64,000 bases of DNA from a virus (lineage: Duplodnaviria > Heunggongvirae > Uroviricota > Caudoviricetes), in the IMG/VR virus record IMGVR_UViG_3300045049_000270, one strand, 5' to 3'. Shown here piece by piece: positions 30,830 to 39,453 of this stretch. How positions within the stretch are numbered: the stretch's first letter is position 1; each line of letters opens with the position of its first letter. The translations under genes and the position numbers were made by a program. The notes beneath the pieces were generated by a model. That model did no database searches. It was not told the origin of the DNA and was given only the letters and a program-made list of their open reading frames with translations.

Positions 30830-31869
30830 TGGGAGGTCGAGCTTTTGACAATGTCGTACCTGTCCCTCAGGAGACAATTTTCAAGATCTGTGCCTGGGTT
30901 TCGACTCTGTTTGAGCTTCGCGATGAGAGTTACGACCCCACCAAATTTGAGGACTTCTGCCTGGGTTTGATGTCGTCCATGAAGGGCTTTAGCCCTGACA
31001 CGATTGGCTACCTCCATGAATTATTCGTGAAGAATGGTTTAAGGACATTGGGGTCTACTGGGAAGAAGTTGTATTGTGGTGATGTGGATATTGGTGTATC
31101 TGATGCTGAGTGGACTTATAGCTCCTTAGTGGATTTTCTGACTATTAGATTTGGTAGTGACAATATCAAGACCAATGAGAGTTTGAATCAGATTTATACT
31201 CGGGTGTATGTTCCTAGTAGTGGATGGCACCAGGTTGATTATATGTTGGGTGATGTTCGGTTATTGGAGTTTACTCATTGGAGTCCTGCTCCTGATACGT
31301 CATTGTATTCGGGTAGTCATCGTACTGAATTGATTAAGGCTGTGGCGAAGGCCTTATCGTCGTGGACGTGGGTGATGCCATCTGATTGTGCCTATAATAA
31401 TGGTGAGATGATTGCTCGTATTGGTTATACTTTGAACCATGATCGGGGATTAGTTCATGGTGCTCGGTATGCACCAGCAAGAATTGATGGACGTGGATAC
31501 ACTAAGAAAATGGTTCCGGTCACTGCTGCCAATATTGTCGCTTGTATGAGGCAGGTAAGTGATGCTCATAGTTGTAATTATTTGAGTGAAGTGGAGATGT
31601 TGTCATTTTTCCGCCATAGTGTAGATGAGATATTGACGAAAACCTCTGTGGATCCTGTATTCATTAGTCAGCAATTATTTGGTATTGGGGTGATGCCGGA
31701 GTCACTAAATAGTTACGAGCAAGTAGTTGAAGCCATTATGGCCAACTCTGAACTATGTAACCTACGTGACCTGATATGGCAGTTGTATGTTGAGCGACTG
31801 ATGCAGATAGGTCAGCCTATTCCATCGCCGGGACTCAATGACCTATTCATTTTTCACCGAGTTAACTGA
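30829..31869 (+). CDS. Pol-beta superfamily nucleotidyltransferase
   Basis: LGSTGKK...GDVDI and QVDYM (GS + DxD + D signature). Confidence 0.7.
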   Translation: MGGRAFDNVVPVPQETIFKICAWVSTLFELRDESYDPTKFEDFCLGLMSSMKGFSPDTIGYLHELFVKNGLRTLGSTGKKLYCGDVDIGVSDAEWTYSSLVDFLTIRFGSDNIKTNESLNQIYTRVYVPSSGWHQVDYMLGDVRLLEFTHWSPAPDTSLYSGSHRTELIKAVAKALSSWTWVMPSDCAYNNGEMIARIGYTLNHDRGLVHGARYAPARIDGRGYTKKMVPVTAANIVACMRQVSDAHSCNYLSEVEMLSFFRHSVDEILTKTSVDPVFISQQLFGIGVMPESLNSYEQVVEAIMANSELCNLRDLIWQLYVERLMQIGQPIPSPGLNDLFIFHRVN

Positions 31870-32413
31870 AAGTAAGTTAATTCCTAGTTATTGGCATGTA
31901 AGCCAATATAGTGCTGAGGATATTGGAAATCTTATCTATTTGTATTGTATGGGGTTGCATGTTCTTGCGACCAACCCTATCACTGCACAATATGCCTCTG
32001 AATATGCCAGAAAGACGATTGCATATGGTGACTTCAATCGGAAAGCCAATTCAAGTACTGATTTATACGTGATGCTATATGCATTGCGATCAGCTTCTGG
32101 TTTTAAGGACCGAGTTGATTCTACCAAGTATTTGAATAAATTGAAGTTAGATTGGTATAATGTAACTGTGTTTTTGCAGGACATTAGTCGTCGTATTCCT
32201 CGTAATCACCGATCATTTTTACTTAATTTGGACAGTGGTTTGAACATCAATGATTCTTCCTTGAAAGCCATTCGCCGAACTGTTATGGATTGGGAGCAGC
32301 TTCCTGAACAGGATATGCGTCTGGCGCTTGCCAGATTAACCCAGAAGCTGAGATCTTTGGCTCCTAAGAGCGAGATACTACCGCATCTGGAAGCGTTGGT
32401 AAGCGCCGTATAG
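31838..32413 (+). CDS. Putative virion protein
   Basis: N-terminal FFTELTE|S; helical ORF. Confidence 0.6.
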   Translation: MTYSFFTELTESKLIPSYWHVSQYSAEDIGNLIYLYCMGLHVLATNPITAQYASEYARKTIAYGDFNRKANSSTDLYVMLYALRSASGFKDRVDSTKYLNKLKLDWYNVTVFLQDISRRIPRNHRSFLLNLDSGLNINDSSLKAIRRTVMDWEQLPEQDMRLALARLTQKLRSLAPKSEILPHLEALVSAV

Positions 32414-32436
32414 TAAATATTAGAAAGGAGTTTGCC

Positions 32437-32634
32437 ATGCGATATTCAGAAATCATTAGAGAAAATGCCAGTTCTGGTGCTAGTTCGTCGGCTAATGTGG
32501 CAACCGCTAATAAACCATTTTTCTCATCTGATCCACAAGAAACTGCTGCTCGTAGCATTTACGGTGTTCAGTCATCGGTAAAGACTGAGAAGAAAAAGGA
32601 TAAAAAGCCGGTTGTAATTCGTCGAAATGACTAA
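32437..32634 (+). CDS. Small putative head protein
   Basis: Late motif, AGGAG SD, MRYSEIIRE|NASSGASS. Confidence 0.65.
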   Translation: MRYSEIIRENASSGASSSANVATANKPFFSSDPQETAARSIYGVQSSVKTEKKKDKKPVVIRRND

Positions 32635-32682
32635 CTTTGCTAAATAAGATTAGAAACCCTTTCTTTTAAGGAAAAGATTATC

Positions 32683-33108
32683 ATGATTACATCCCCAAAT
32701 AAGAACGCAGCCGCAGGCTTGTCATTGGGCTCAAAGCTCGATTTCTTCACAATCGAAACAACAGTTGACTTGGTTTCAGGTTCAGCAGCAGCTCAATCAG
32801 CACTGAACGTTCTGATCGAAACAATCAGTACAAACGGCCAGCCAGTTATTTCAGCTCTGTCATCAGGTGCTGCATCAGCAAGTTCAGGTTTGTCAGGTAC
32901 AACTTCAACACTGAAGTTTGCTGTTGAGCACACAGGTGCTTGGTCAACCGCAACATTGTTGACCGCTATTGAAGCAATTTCTGTTGCTGAACAAGTTGAA
33001 ACAGAAAACTCAAGCGGTGCTTTGACAGGTACAACACTGAACCCAGCAGCTAATGTTGTTTCACCATTCACTGGTTCAAACACAGTTGTTACACAAAACA
33101 CACTGTAA
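32683..33108 (+). CDS. Putative abundant virion structural protein
   Basis: GCTAAATA late motif, strong codon bias, S/A/T-rich, own terminator. Confidence 0.6.
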   Translation: MITSPNKNAAAGLSLGSKLDFFTIETTVDLVSGSAAAQSALNVLIETISTNGQPVISALSSGAASASSGLSGTTSTLKFAVEHTGAWSTATLLTAIEAISVAEQVETENSSGALTGTTLNPAANVVSPFTGSNTVVTQNTL

Positions 33109-33146
33109 TTTGAAAACCGAGTGAATCGGTAATCAAGTAGATATTG

Positions 33147-33177
33147 AAAAGGCTCGTGAAAACGAGCCTTTTCTTTT
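33147..33177 (+). terminator. Intrinsic terminator
   Basis: AAAAGGCTCGT-GAAA-ACGAGCCTTTTCTTTT. Confidence 0.85.
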
Positions 33178-33215
33178 GTCTGCTAAATAATTAAAGACGT
33201 TTACTTAGGACGAAT

Positions 33216-34532
33216 ATGGATGGAAATTTTCTTGATGATCTAAGCAGAATTATTGGAAAGGTTCCTGGTGATATTCAGGATCTTATTGGTGAGATGTCAC
33301 TGGATGATGTCTATACCTTGATGAACTTAGTTCATCAAGGTAGTGATGACAAGGTCAAAGATTTGTTGTCTCCGATGTTACAGAAGGATGGTACATTGGA
33401 TAAGCAACCTACACCGGAGAAGACTGGTAAATATACATCTGAACAGATGGAAGAAATTAGTCGCCAAGGTTTGATGATGCAAGTGAAAGATTCGAATATA
33501 TTTGAATCTGTGCTTGACGAACTAGATGAAAAAAATATTAGTTACCAACTATGTCCTGGTAATAGAATAATTGTTCGTTGTAACACCAACGAACAATTAG
33601 AAAACCTTCATGTCATCAGCCGCCAGGTTGGTGATATGATTAAAGCTAAAAAAATTAAAGAGCAAACGATGGATAAGCCAAAGAAGTTTGACAAGAAGAG
33701 TAATAAGATTCAAATTCCTGCGTCCAAGCCACGTGACACAATGGCGCAGCATATGGCTCTGGGTCAAGCAGCGGGGGCGTATCGCCCAAAGTCAACACCA
33801 AGTAGAAAAGAAGTTTTGGCACGTAAGGCCGAAAAACATAAGGGTCGTTCCTTCAACGAGGGTTTCGACCCTATTTCTTTCTGGACCAATGGTGGTGACG
33901 CATTCACGGTTGTTCTTGAAGGTTACGGCGATTCAGTGACATTTGATGGTCAGTCATTGAATACTGATAATCAGACTTGGGTAAAAATCCAAGAATCACT
34001 TGAAGCCGAAGGTTTCCTTTCCGGCGTAGATTATGGTGTTACAGAAATGAAGAAATCACAAGTAAAAGAAGGCGTGATGGGTATGACTGCGCTCCCAGGT
34101 TTGCGCCGCATGATGGAGTTGGCTGGTATGCCAACTGGTGAAATTGAACAAGTGGCCGCCGACTCAGCAATACCAGCTGCTACTGATGAAGTACCTCCAG
34201 CACTCCCAGCACCAGATGCTGATAATATGGCTGGCGATGATATGGAAATGGATGCTGATCCTTTGACTATCGATCATATCGAAGATGGTGGTATGGACAT
34301 GAATGACGCTGCGATGGGAGATGAATTTGATGCTGGTATTGATGCTGGTATGGGTTCAGACCTTGGTGTAGTAGCGGCGAGTCCTGCATTCACATTGATC
34401 GATGATGCATTGAATAGTATTCAACAGAATTTGCCAGATGTCAAGATCAGCGAATACAAGACATTGATTCAACGTCTTGAAGATCTGCAAGTGCAATTGC
34501 AGCAAATTGGTAAGAGCTATCTGGGCGACTAA
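33216..34532 (+). CDS. Putative head/scaffold-like protein
   Basis: Late motif, LRRMMELAG motif, acidic M/D-rich region, xxE|G sites. Confidence 0.55.
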   Translation: MDGNFLDDLSRIIGKVPGDIQDLIGEMSLDDVYTLMNLVHQGSDDKVKDLLSPMLQKDGTLDKQPTPEKTGKYTSEQMEEISRQGLMMQVKDSNIFESVLDELDEKNISYQLCPGNRIIVRCNTNEQLENLHVISRQVGDMIKAKKIKEQTMDKPKKFDKKSNKIQIPASKPRDTMAQHMALGQAAGAYRPKSTPSRKEVLARKAEKHKGRSFNEGFDPISFWTNGGDAFTVVLEGYGDSVTFDGQSLNTDNQTWVKIQESLEAEGFLSGVDYGVTEMKKSQVKEGVMGMTALPGLRRMMELAGMPTGEIEQVAADSAIPAATDEVPPALPAPDADNMAGDDMEMDADPLTIDHIEDGGMDMNDAAMGDEFDAGIDAGMGSDLGVVAASPAFTLIDDALNSIQQNLPDVKISEYKTLIQRLEDLQVQLQQIGKSYLGD

Positions 34533-34762
34533 TGCGCTATTTTGAAATAGCTGGTGGTTTTCGTATGCCAGTAAATTCTGAAGAACAAGATCTCCTCACT
34601 CTGTTGAAAGAGAGTGAGGAATTCGTTTCTGAAGATGAATTGGATGAGCGCCAGCAAGAATTAGCTAGATTGATGTTGTCTCGTGGTCTATTAAATAGAC
34701 TTCAAAAAGATGGCAAAATATACTACGAACCTAATGGTTTGCCAGACATTTGGAGAATATAA
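34532..34762 (+). CDS. Small hypothetical protein (possible winged helix)
   Basis: MRYFEI...LDERQQELARLMLSRGLL. Confidence 0.65.
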   Translation: MRYFEIAGGFRMPVNSEEQDLLTLLKESEEFVSEDELDERQQELARLMLSRGLLNRLQKDGKIYYEPNGLPDIWRI

Positions 34763-35424
34763 TGGGTCCAGTTGATAAGAAAGACGTAGATGATATGAAG
34801 CGTCTTATGGATATTATGAATAGCGGAAATATTGCTGATGAACCACAAAATATCCATGAAGCGTATTCACAGCCACGTAGTACTGTTTCGCCGCCTGCAA
34901 TTGCGTCACACCCAGGTACGGCTGGTATGAAGGAAATTCTTCAGCGCTTCTATGAAAGTACACAAGAATCGGTTGAGCGTGTAGTAACGACTAAGGCTGA
35001 ACAAAGTCCCCTTCTTAAAGAAGCGCTTGAAACAAAGCGGACATCATCTGGGGTCCAAGTTGGCTCATGGGAAATTCGTGTAAACGAGGGTAGTTCAGGC
35101 GATAAGACGTATGATGTGGTTAACATTCATACTGATGAACCTATTGCTCATGATCTCAGTTTGTACGAAAGTGCTCTATCACTTACCAAATTGCTTAATC
35201 GCAATGCTGGTATTAACAATCCAAAAGTTCGTGAAGTTTTGGAATTAGAAGAAAATTTTACTCGTCATCGAACCGATGCTGCCCAATTCAAGCGTAAGAT
35301 GACACGCATGCTTAAAGAAGGTGACGATTTTCGTGCCAATGTGGCAGAAGATCGTTATGAACAATGTAAACAAGCTGCTATTGCTTTGCGTTCACGATTG
35401 ATTTCAATCTGCAAAAATCTATAA
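34762..35424 (+). CDS. Putative virion protein
   Basis: Coupled ORF in a late cluster. Confidence 0.6.
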   Translation: MGPVDKKDVDDMKRLMDIMNSGNIADEPQNIHEAYSQPRSTVSPPAIASHPGTAGMKEILQRFYESTQESVERVVTTKAEQSPLLKEALETKRTSSGVQVGSWEIRVNEGSSGDKTYDVVNIHTDEPIAHDLSLYESALSLTKLLNRNAGINNPKVREVLELEENFTRHRTDAAQFKRKMTRMLKEGDDFRANVAEDRYEQCKQAAIALRSRLISICKNL

Positions 35425-35482
35425 GAACCCAGCAGAATGTCATACAGATAAATAAAGTAATAAGTTATTGCATGGTATCAGT

Positions 35483-35767
35483 ATGAATGTTTCTGATTTT
35501 AAACAGCGGACTCATGAAAAACTCGAGCAATTTAATCGATTACTCGAGCAACTTTATGGGCTCAAGATTGACTGGGATGCTTCTGAAGATCATCTCCGTT
35601 TCGTGTATAACCATTACATGGATCGTAAAAAGATGTTCTTGAAGGAAAATTCCTATTCTTCCGCTGATGCTGAAATGGGTAAAATTGTATTGATTACCGA
35701 AGCTATTCGCGTTTACCTCAGAGAAATAGCGCCTAGCCGCAAAAAGAAATCCCGGAGATCTAAATGA
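35483..35767 (+). CDS. Hypothetical protein
   Basis: ORF after GATAAATA. Confidence 0.6.
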   Translation: MNVSDFKQRTHEKLEQFNRLLEQLYGLKIDWDASEDHLRFVYNHYMDRKKMFLKENSYSSADAEMGKIVLITEAIRVYLREIAPSRKKKSRRSK

Positions 35768-36690
35768 CAAAGAAAATCACATTGAGCGAAAGCTTGATTA
35801 GTCTGATGGAAGACGAAATGGACCGCGCTGAGCTAGTGCTTGCCGCAAAGGCCATCCTTGACAAGCTTCAAAATATGGCTGAAGATCTAGCAAAGGTAGA
35901 AGCTGATGACGTATTGCCATTGTTAGACGGCATCCGTTCACAATTTGGTCCACAATTTGCTGATCAATTGAACAGTGCTGCTACTGAATCTCTGCGTAGT
36001 GCGCTTGAAGCTGTTAAGACAGCAAAAGATCAAATTGGTCAATCTATCCAGAACATGCAAGGTGTAGTTACTGGAGAAGGCTCAAATGATATGGCCACAA
36101 ATACTGGTACTGACGCTGAGATGCAACCTGAACCAGCCCAACCACCAGGTAGTGCTGGTGTAGAAGGAGTGCCAGCAGAAGGTGGTGACCAAGAAGGCGC
36201 GGACGACTTGGCAAACGAGATTGATGATCTGCTTGGCGGTGAAGAAGAAAATGTTGATCAAGGTCCAGAAGGTCGTACAAAGAAAGAATCAGTTTATCCA
36301 TCAGGAGCTATCGTTAACGAGGCTCAGCGCTTCCTGAGTGAACAAGATAATCCAGAAGAGTTTTTGGCTAAGGCCACATTGTCATTCGTGCGCGCAAAGA
36401 AGGTTTCAATTGCTGAATCGGCTCGTCGTCATGCTGAATATTTTGGTATTGATATTGAAGATGTGGTAGCCGCCGTTCGCGAATATGTTGAAGCCATCAA
36501 GATGGACAAACTCTTGGCTGAAAATGCCAAGCTTTGGGCAAAGCAAGCTCTGACATTAGCTCTAGCTATGAAGGAAGGTAAAGCTGTCGATGCTGCTAGT
36601 TACTTGACAGCAGATCGTATAAATGCAGCCAATGCATTGGCTTCAGGTAAGATTACTGAATCACAGTGCATCAAGCTTGCAAAGATTTAA
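35764..36690 (+). CDS. Putative prohead core/scaffold-like protein
   Basis: ITLSE|S, helical N-terminal domain, acidic linker. Confidence 0.5.
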   Translation: MTKKITLSESLISLMEDEMDRAELVLAAKAILDKLQNMAEDLAKVEADDVLPLLDGIRSQFGPQFADQLNSAATESLRSALEAVKTAKDQIGQSIQNMQGVVTGEGSNDMATNTGTDAEMQPEPAQPPGSAGVEGVPAEGGDQEGADDLANEIDDLLGGEEENVDQGPEGRTKKESVYPSGAIVNEAQRFLSEQDNPEEFLAKATLSFVRAKKVSIAESARRHAEYFGIDIEDVVAAVREYVEAIKMDKLLAENAKLWAKQALTLALAMKEGKAVDAASYLTADRINAANALASGKITESQCIKLAKI

Positions 36691-36691
36691 G

Positions 36692-37054
36692 ATGCGTTAT
36701 TACGAAATATTCGAAGGCTTAAATTCAGACAGCATTATGAACCAAGTCCGTAGTGCTGTTGTTGACATTCTTACTCCATTGGCATCCAACGGTGTACAGT
36801 TTGTGACTGTACAGCAAATTCTTGACGAATTGAAAAACTCCGGCACTGGTGTTGACATTGATCGTTCAATGTTGATGCAAATTTTAGATCCTGACCAAGT
36901 AAAACTCGTTTCTAGCATCGAAGGCGACCGCATCGAACTAAGTAATGGCGACAACAGCCCAGAACGTTCTGTACCGAAACAACAAAAACAACGCGACGAA
37001 GAAAAGATTAAAAATACAGCAGCGCAACAAGCTAAGAAAAACATCGGTGATTGA
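36692..37054 (+). CDS. Putative virion protein
   Basis: N-terminal MRYYEIFE|G. Confidence 0.6.
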   Translation: MRYYEIFEGLNSDSIMNQVRSAVVDILTPLASNGVQFVTVQQILDELKNSGTGVDIDRSMLMQILDPDQVKLVSSIEGDRIELSNGDNSPERSVPKQQKQRDEEKIKNTAAQQAKKNIGD

Positions 37055-37122
37055 TATAACCGTCAGCCACTCCTAGTGATAATGGCTGTCTTGGCAAACT
37101 AAAATTCGCGAAGTTAAATATT

Positions 37123-37156
37123 GGTGGTAGAAAGAAATTCTTTCTATCACCTTTTT
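37123..37156 (+). terminator. Intrinsic terminator
   Basis: GGTGGTAGAAAGAA...TTCTTTCTATCACC followed by TTTTT. Confidence 0.7.
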
Positions 37157-37196
37157 ATATTTGGCAATTAGTTGACTCTTTAATATAATTCATTAC

Positions 37197-37877
37197 ATGA
37201 CTATTCTAAATAAGCTGTACCCATATTTTACCATGGATCGCGAAACTATTCCATCTGGAGAACGCGTCTATATCACACCAGGTGGCCCCCTACCAAGCGT
37301 TACGACTATCCTCAGCGGCACTGCTGATAAAAGTGGCCTAGACGCTTGGCGACAGTATGTAGGGGAAGCCAAAGCTAATCAGATACGCGATGAAGCAACA
37401 GGTTTAGGTACCCTGATGCACGAACATTTGGAATGCCATATTCAACAGATTGACCGCCCTCGTGGTAGTAATTTAGTTCGACAAATGGCAAGAAATATGG
37501 CAGACACGATTATCAATCGTGGATTAGTTCATGTTGATGAAGTATGGGGATTTGAAATACCATTGTATTACCCAGGTCAATATGCTGGAACGGCAGACTT
37601 AATTGGGACATGGAATGGAGCTCCATGTATAATGGACTATAAAACCACAAATAAAATGAAAACAAAGGATATGATTACTGACTATTTCTGTCAGGGGGTG
37701 GCTTATGCTAAAGCACACAATTATCTTTTTGGAACTGATATTTCAACAGTTGTTATTTTCATGGTCAGTCGAGACCTAAAATTTGAAGAATTTGTTGTAG
37801 AGGGTGATGAGTTTCATCGCTATATGGCTGAATGGGAAGAACGAGTTAGCAAATTCCACGACGCGGCGCGGCAATAG
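37197..37877 (+). CDS. PD-(D/E)XK exonuclease
   Basis: PSVTTIL, GTLMH, E.PLY, YAGTADL, MDYKT, Q.VAYA. Confidence 0.85.
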   Translation: MTILNKLYPYFTMDRETIPSGERVYITPGGPLPSVTTILSGTADKSGLDAWRQYVGEAKANQIRDEATGLGTLMHEHLECHIQQIDRPRGSNLVRQMARNMADTIINRGLVHVDEVWGFEIPLYYPGQYAGTADLIGTWNGAPCIMDYKTTNKMKTKDMITDYFCQGVAYAKAHNYLFGTDISTVVIFMVSRDLKFEEFVVEGDEFHRYMAEWEERVSKFHDAARQ

Positions 37878-38193
37878 CATATTCTTCAACTTGAGTATCT
37901 GAGAGAAGTCTTAGTGTTGATTCTATTGGGATCAGTGCTAAGACTTCATGTGCGAATGATGATGCTAGTTCAGTAGCCAGCGTTATTTCACCCAAAGCAT
38001 CAAAAAGAATTCTTTGAGCCAGATGTATACAGCCTAATGTGTACAATCCCCACATAAACGGTAGTTCTGTGGGGGTGGGCTCAAGCACATATATTTCGTC
38101 CACTTTTCCGGTATTACTCAATACCAACACTTTACAGTGTGCTTCTGCACCTAAGACGTAATCTTTAGTGTGAAGTACATACATCTTTTTCAC
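37846..38193 (-). CDS. Hypothetical protein (DUF6166-like)
   Basis: FMWG...G...LAQRILFDALG pattern; fills the intergenic gap. Confidence 0.5.
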   Translation of the reverse strand: MKKMYVLHTKDYVLGAEAHCKVLVLSNTGKVDEIYVLEPTPTELPFMWGLYTLGCIHLAQRILFDALGEITLATELASSFAHEVLALIPIESTLRLLSDTQVEEYAIAAPRRGIC

Positions 38194-38309
38194 AATTTAT
38201 AATTCCAAATATCTGATGTTCATCAATCCGAAGCCATACTTTAACAGCACAAGCATATATCAGCAACTATCCGTAGGTGCTAAATAAGTGAATAACAGGG
38301 TAGTTAATT

Positions 38310-38972
38310 ATGTCAACAACACCGATAACAATCACTGGAAAAATGCTCGCTCGTTCGGGTCTCGCAGTAGAATTGCCGGGTCAACCATTGGTGAACACAT
38401 CAGCAATACCGCCTGGTCTAGATCCGGGTGAACTAGGTTTTGCCAAGGATACCGGTGAATTATTCATTGGTTCAGATCCCAACTATCAACTGTTTGACCT
38501 CAACCGTCAATCGCAATTCCCATATTCAAACATTCGAGTATTGACGGAAACTGCTTCGTCAGTTTCCTTCATCAAGGATGTTGTATATCAAACTCAAACG
38601 CAATTCAGCAATATCATGTTACCAGCTAATTCTTCGGGCCCAACAGGCACAACAGATTTGGTATGGAATACTGCACAAATAAATGTGGCCGAAGTAAGAT
38701 ATATGCTATGTTTTCAAAATGTCCCCACAGTTATTAGAAAAGGTACATTATCAATTGCAATGAATCAAAGTGAAGCTACAGTAGTAGATAATCGTGTCGA
38801 TGTGGGCATGGCATATTTTAACTACACTGATCCAATTGCATATGAAAATTTTTCAGTCTTCGAAGTAGCTATGCAGGTAAATGCAGGTGTTGCAACACTG
38901 ACATATACGAATAATACTAATGTCAATGCAAGACTATTTTACTCAGTTGTAACTTTTAACGCTCAGTACTAA
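38310..38972 (+). CDS. Putative tail/virion structural protein
   Basis: L.PGELGFAKDTGELFIG motif typical of fibre-type N-termini; late motif upstream. Confidence 0.6.
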   Translation: MSTTPITITGKMLARSGLAVELPGQPLVNTSAIPPGLDPGELGFAKDTGELFIGSDPNYQLFDLNRQSQFPYSNIRVLTETASSVSFIKDVVYQTQTQFSNIMLPANSSGPTGTTDLVWNTAQINVAEVRYMLCFQNVPTVIRKGTLSIAMNQSEATVVDNRVDVGMAYFNYTDPIAYENFSVFEVAMQVNAGVATLTYTNNTNVNARLFYSVVTFNAQY

Positions 38973-38973
38973 A

Positions 38974-39423
38974 ATGAATCCATTCATGTTAGAGCCGTCT
39001 GAACGGCTCAACGAGTGGACAACCTTTCGTGATGGGTTGCCTTCACTCCCAGAATCAGAACAACTTGAAAAAGTATGCCGTTGGTGGGGCCTTGCTCCGC
39101 TTAATAAACGCAGTCTAGATCCATTTGAACCCAAATCGTGGATGACCGTTTGGGAAATGTTGTATTCCGGTGATTTATGCCAAAATTCTTTGGCGGTTGC
39201 TATGGAAGCAACGTTGCGTCTTTCAGGTTGGGATCCTAAGCGACTATCATTGCAATATGTTTATTCTACGGAAGAGAATGCAGAGTTTCTTGTCGTTAAA
39301 ATTGACGATGAGTATCTGTTAAATTATAGTTACGCCACACCTACATTAATATCTGCGGCAAAAGATGACCTGGATATTAAGTTTGAATATCAGTATTCGG
39401 GAAGAAGCTATAAGGCTAAATAG
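38974..39423 (+). CDS. Hypothetical protein
   Basis: ERL.EW..FR...W.TVWEML pattern, operonic. Confidence 0.7.
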   Translation: MNPFMLEPSERLNEWTTFRDGLPSLPESEQLEKVCRWWGLAPLNKRSLDPFEPKSWMTVWEMLYSGDLCQNSLAVAMEATLRLSGWDPKRLSLQYVYSTEENAEFLVVKIDDEYLLNYSYATPTLISAAKDDLDIKFEYQYSGRSYKAK

Positions 39424-39453
39424 AATTCCCTCCACTAAAGAATAATAAGAAAA

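Noticed and set aside
37197-37877. Cas4 as part of a CRISPR system
   Set aside because: It is a PD-(D/E)XK exonuclease without the Fe-S cysteine set, and there is no array nearby.
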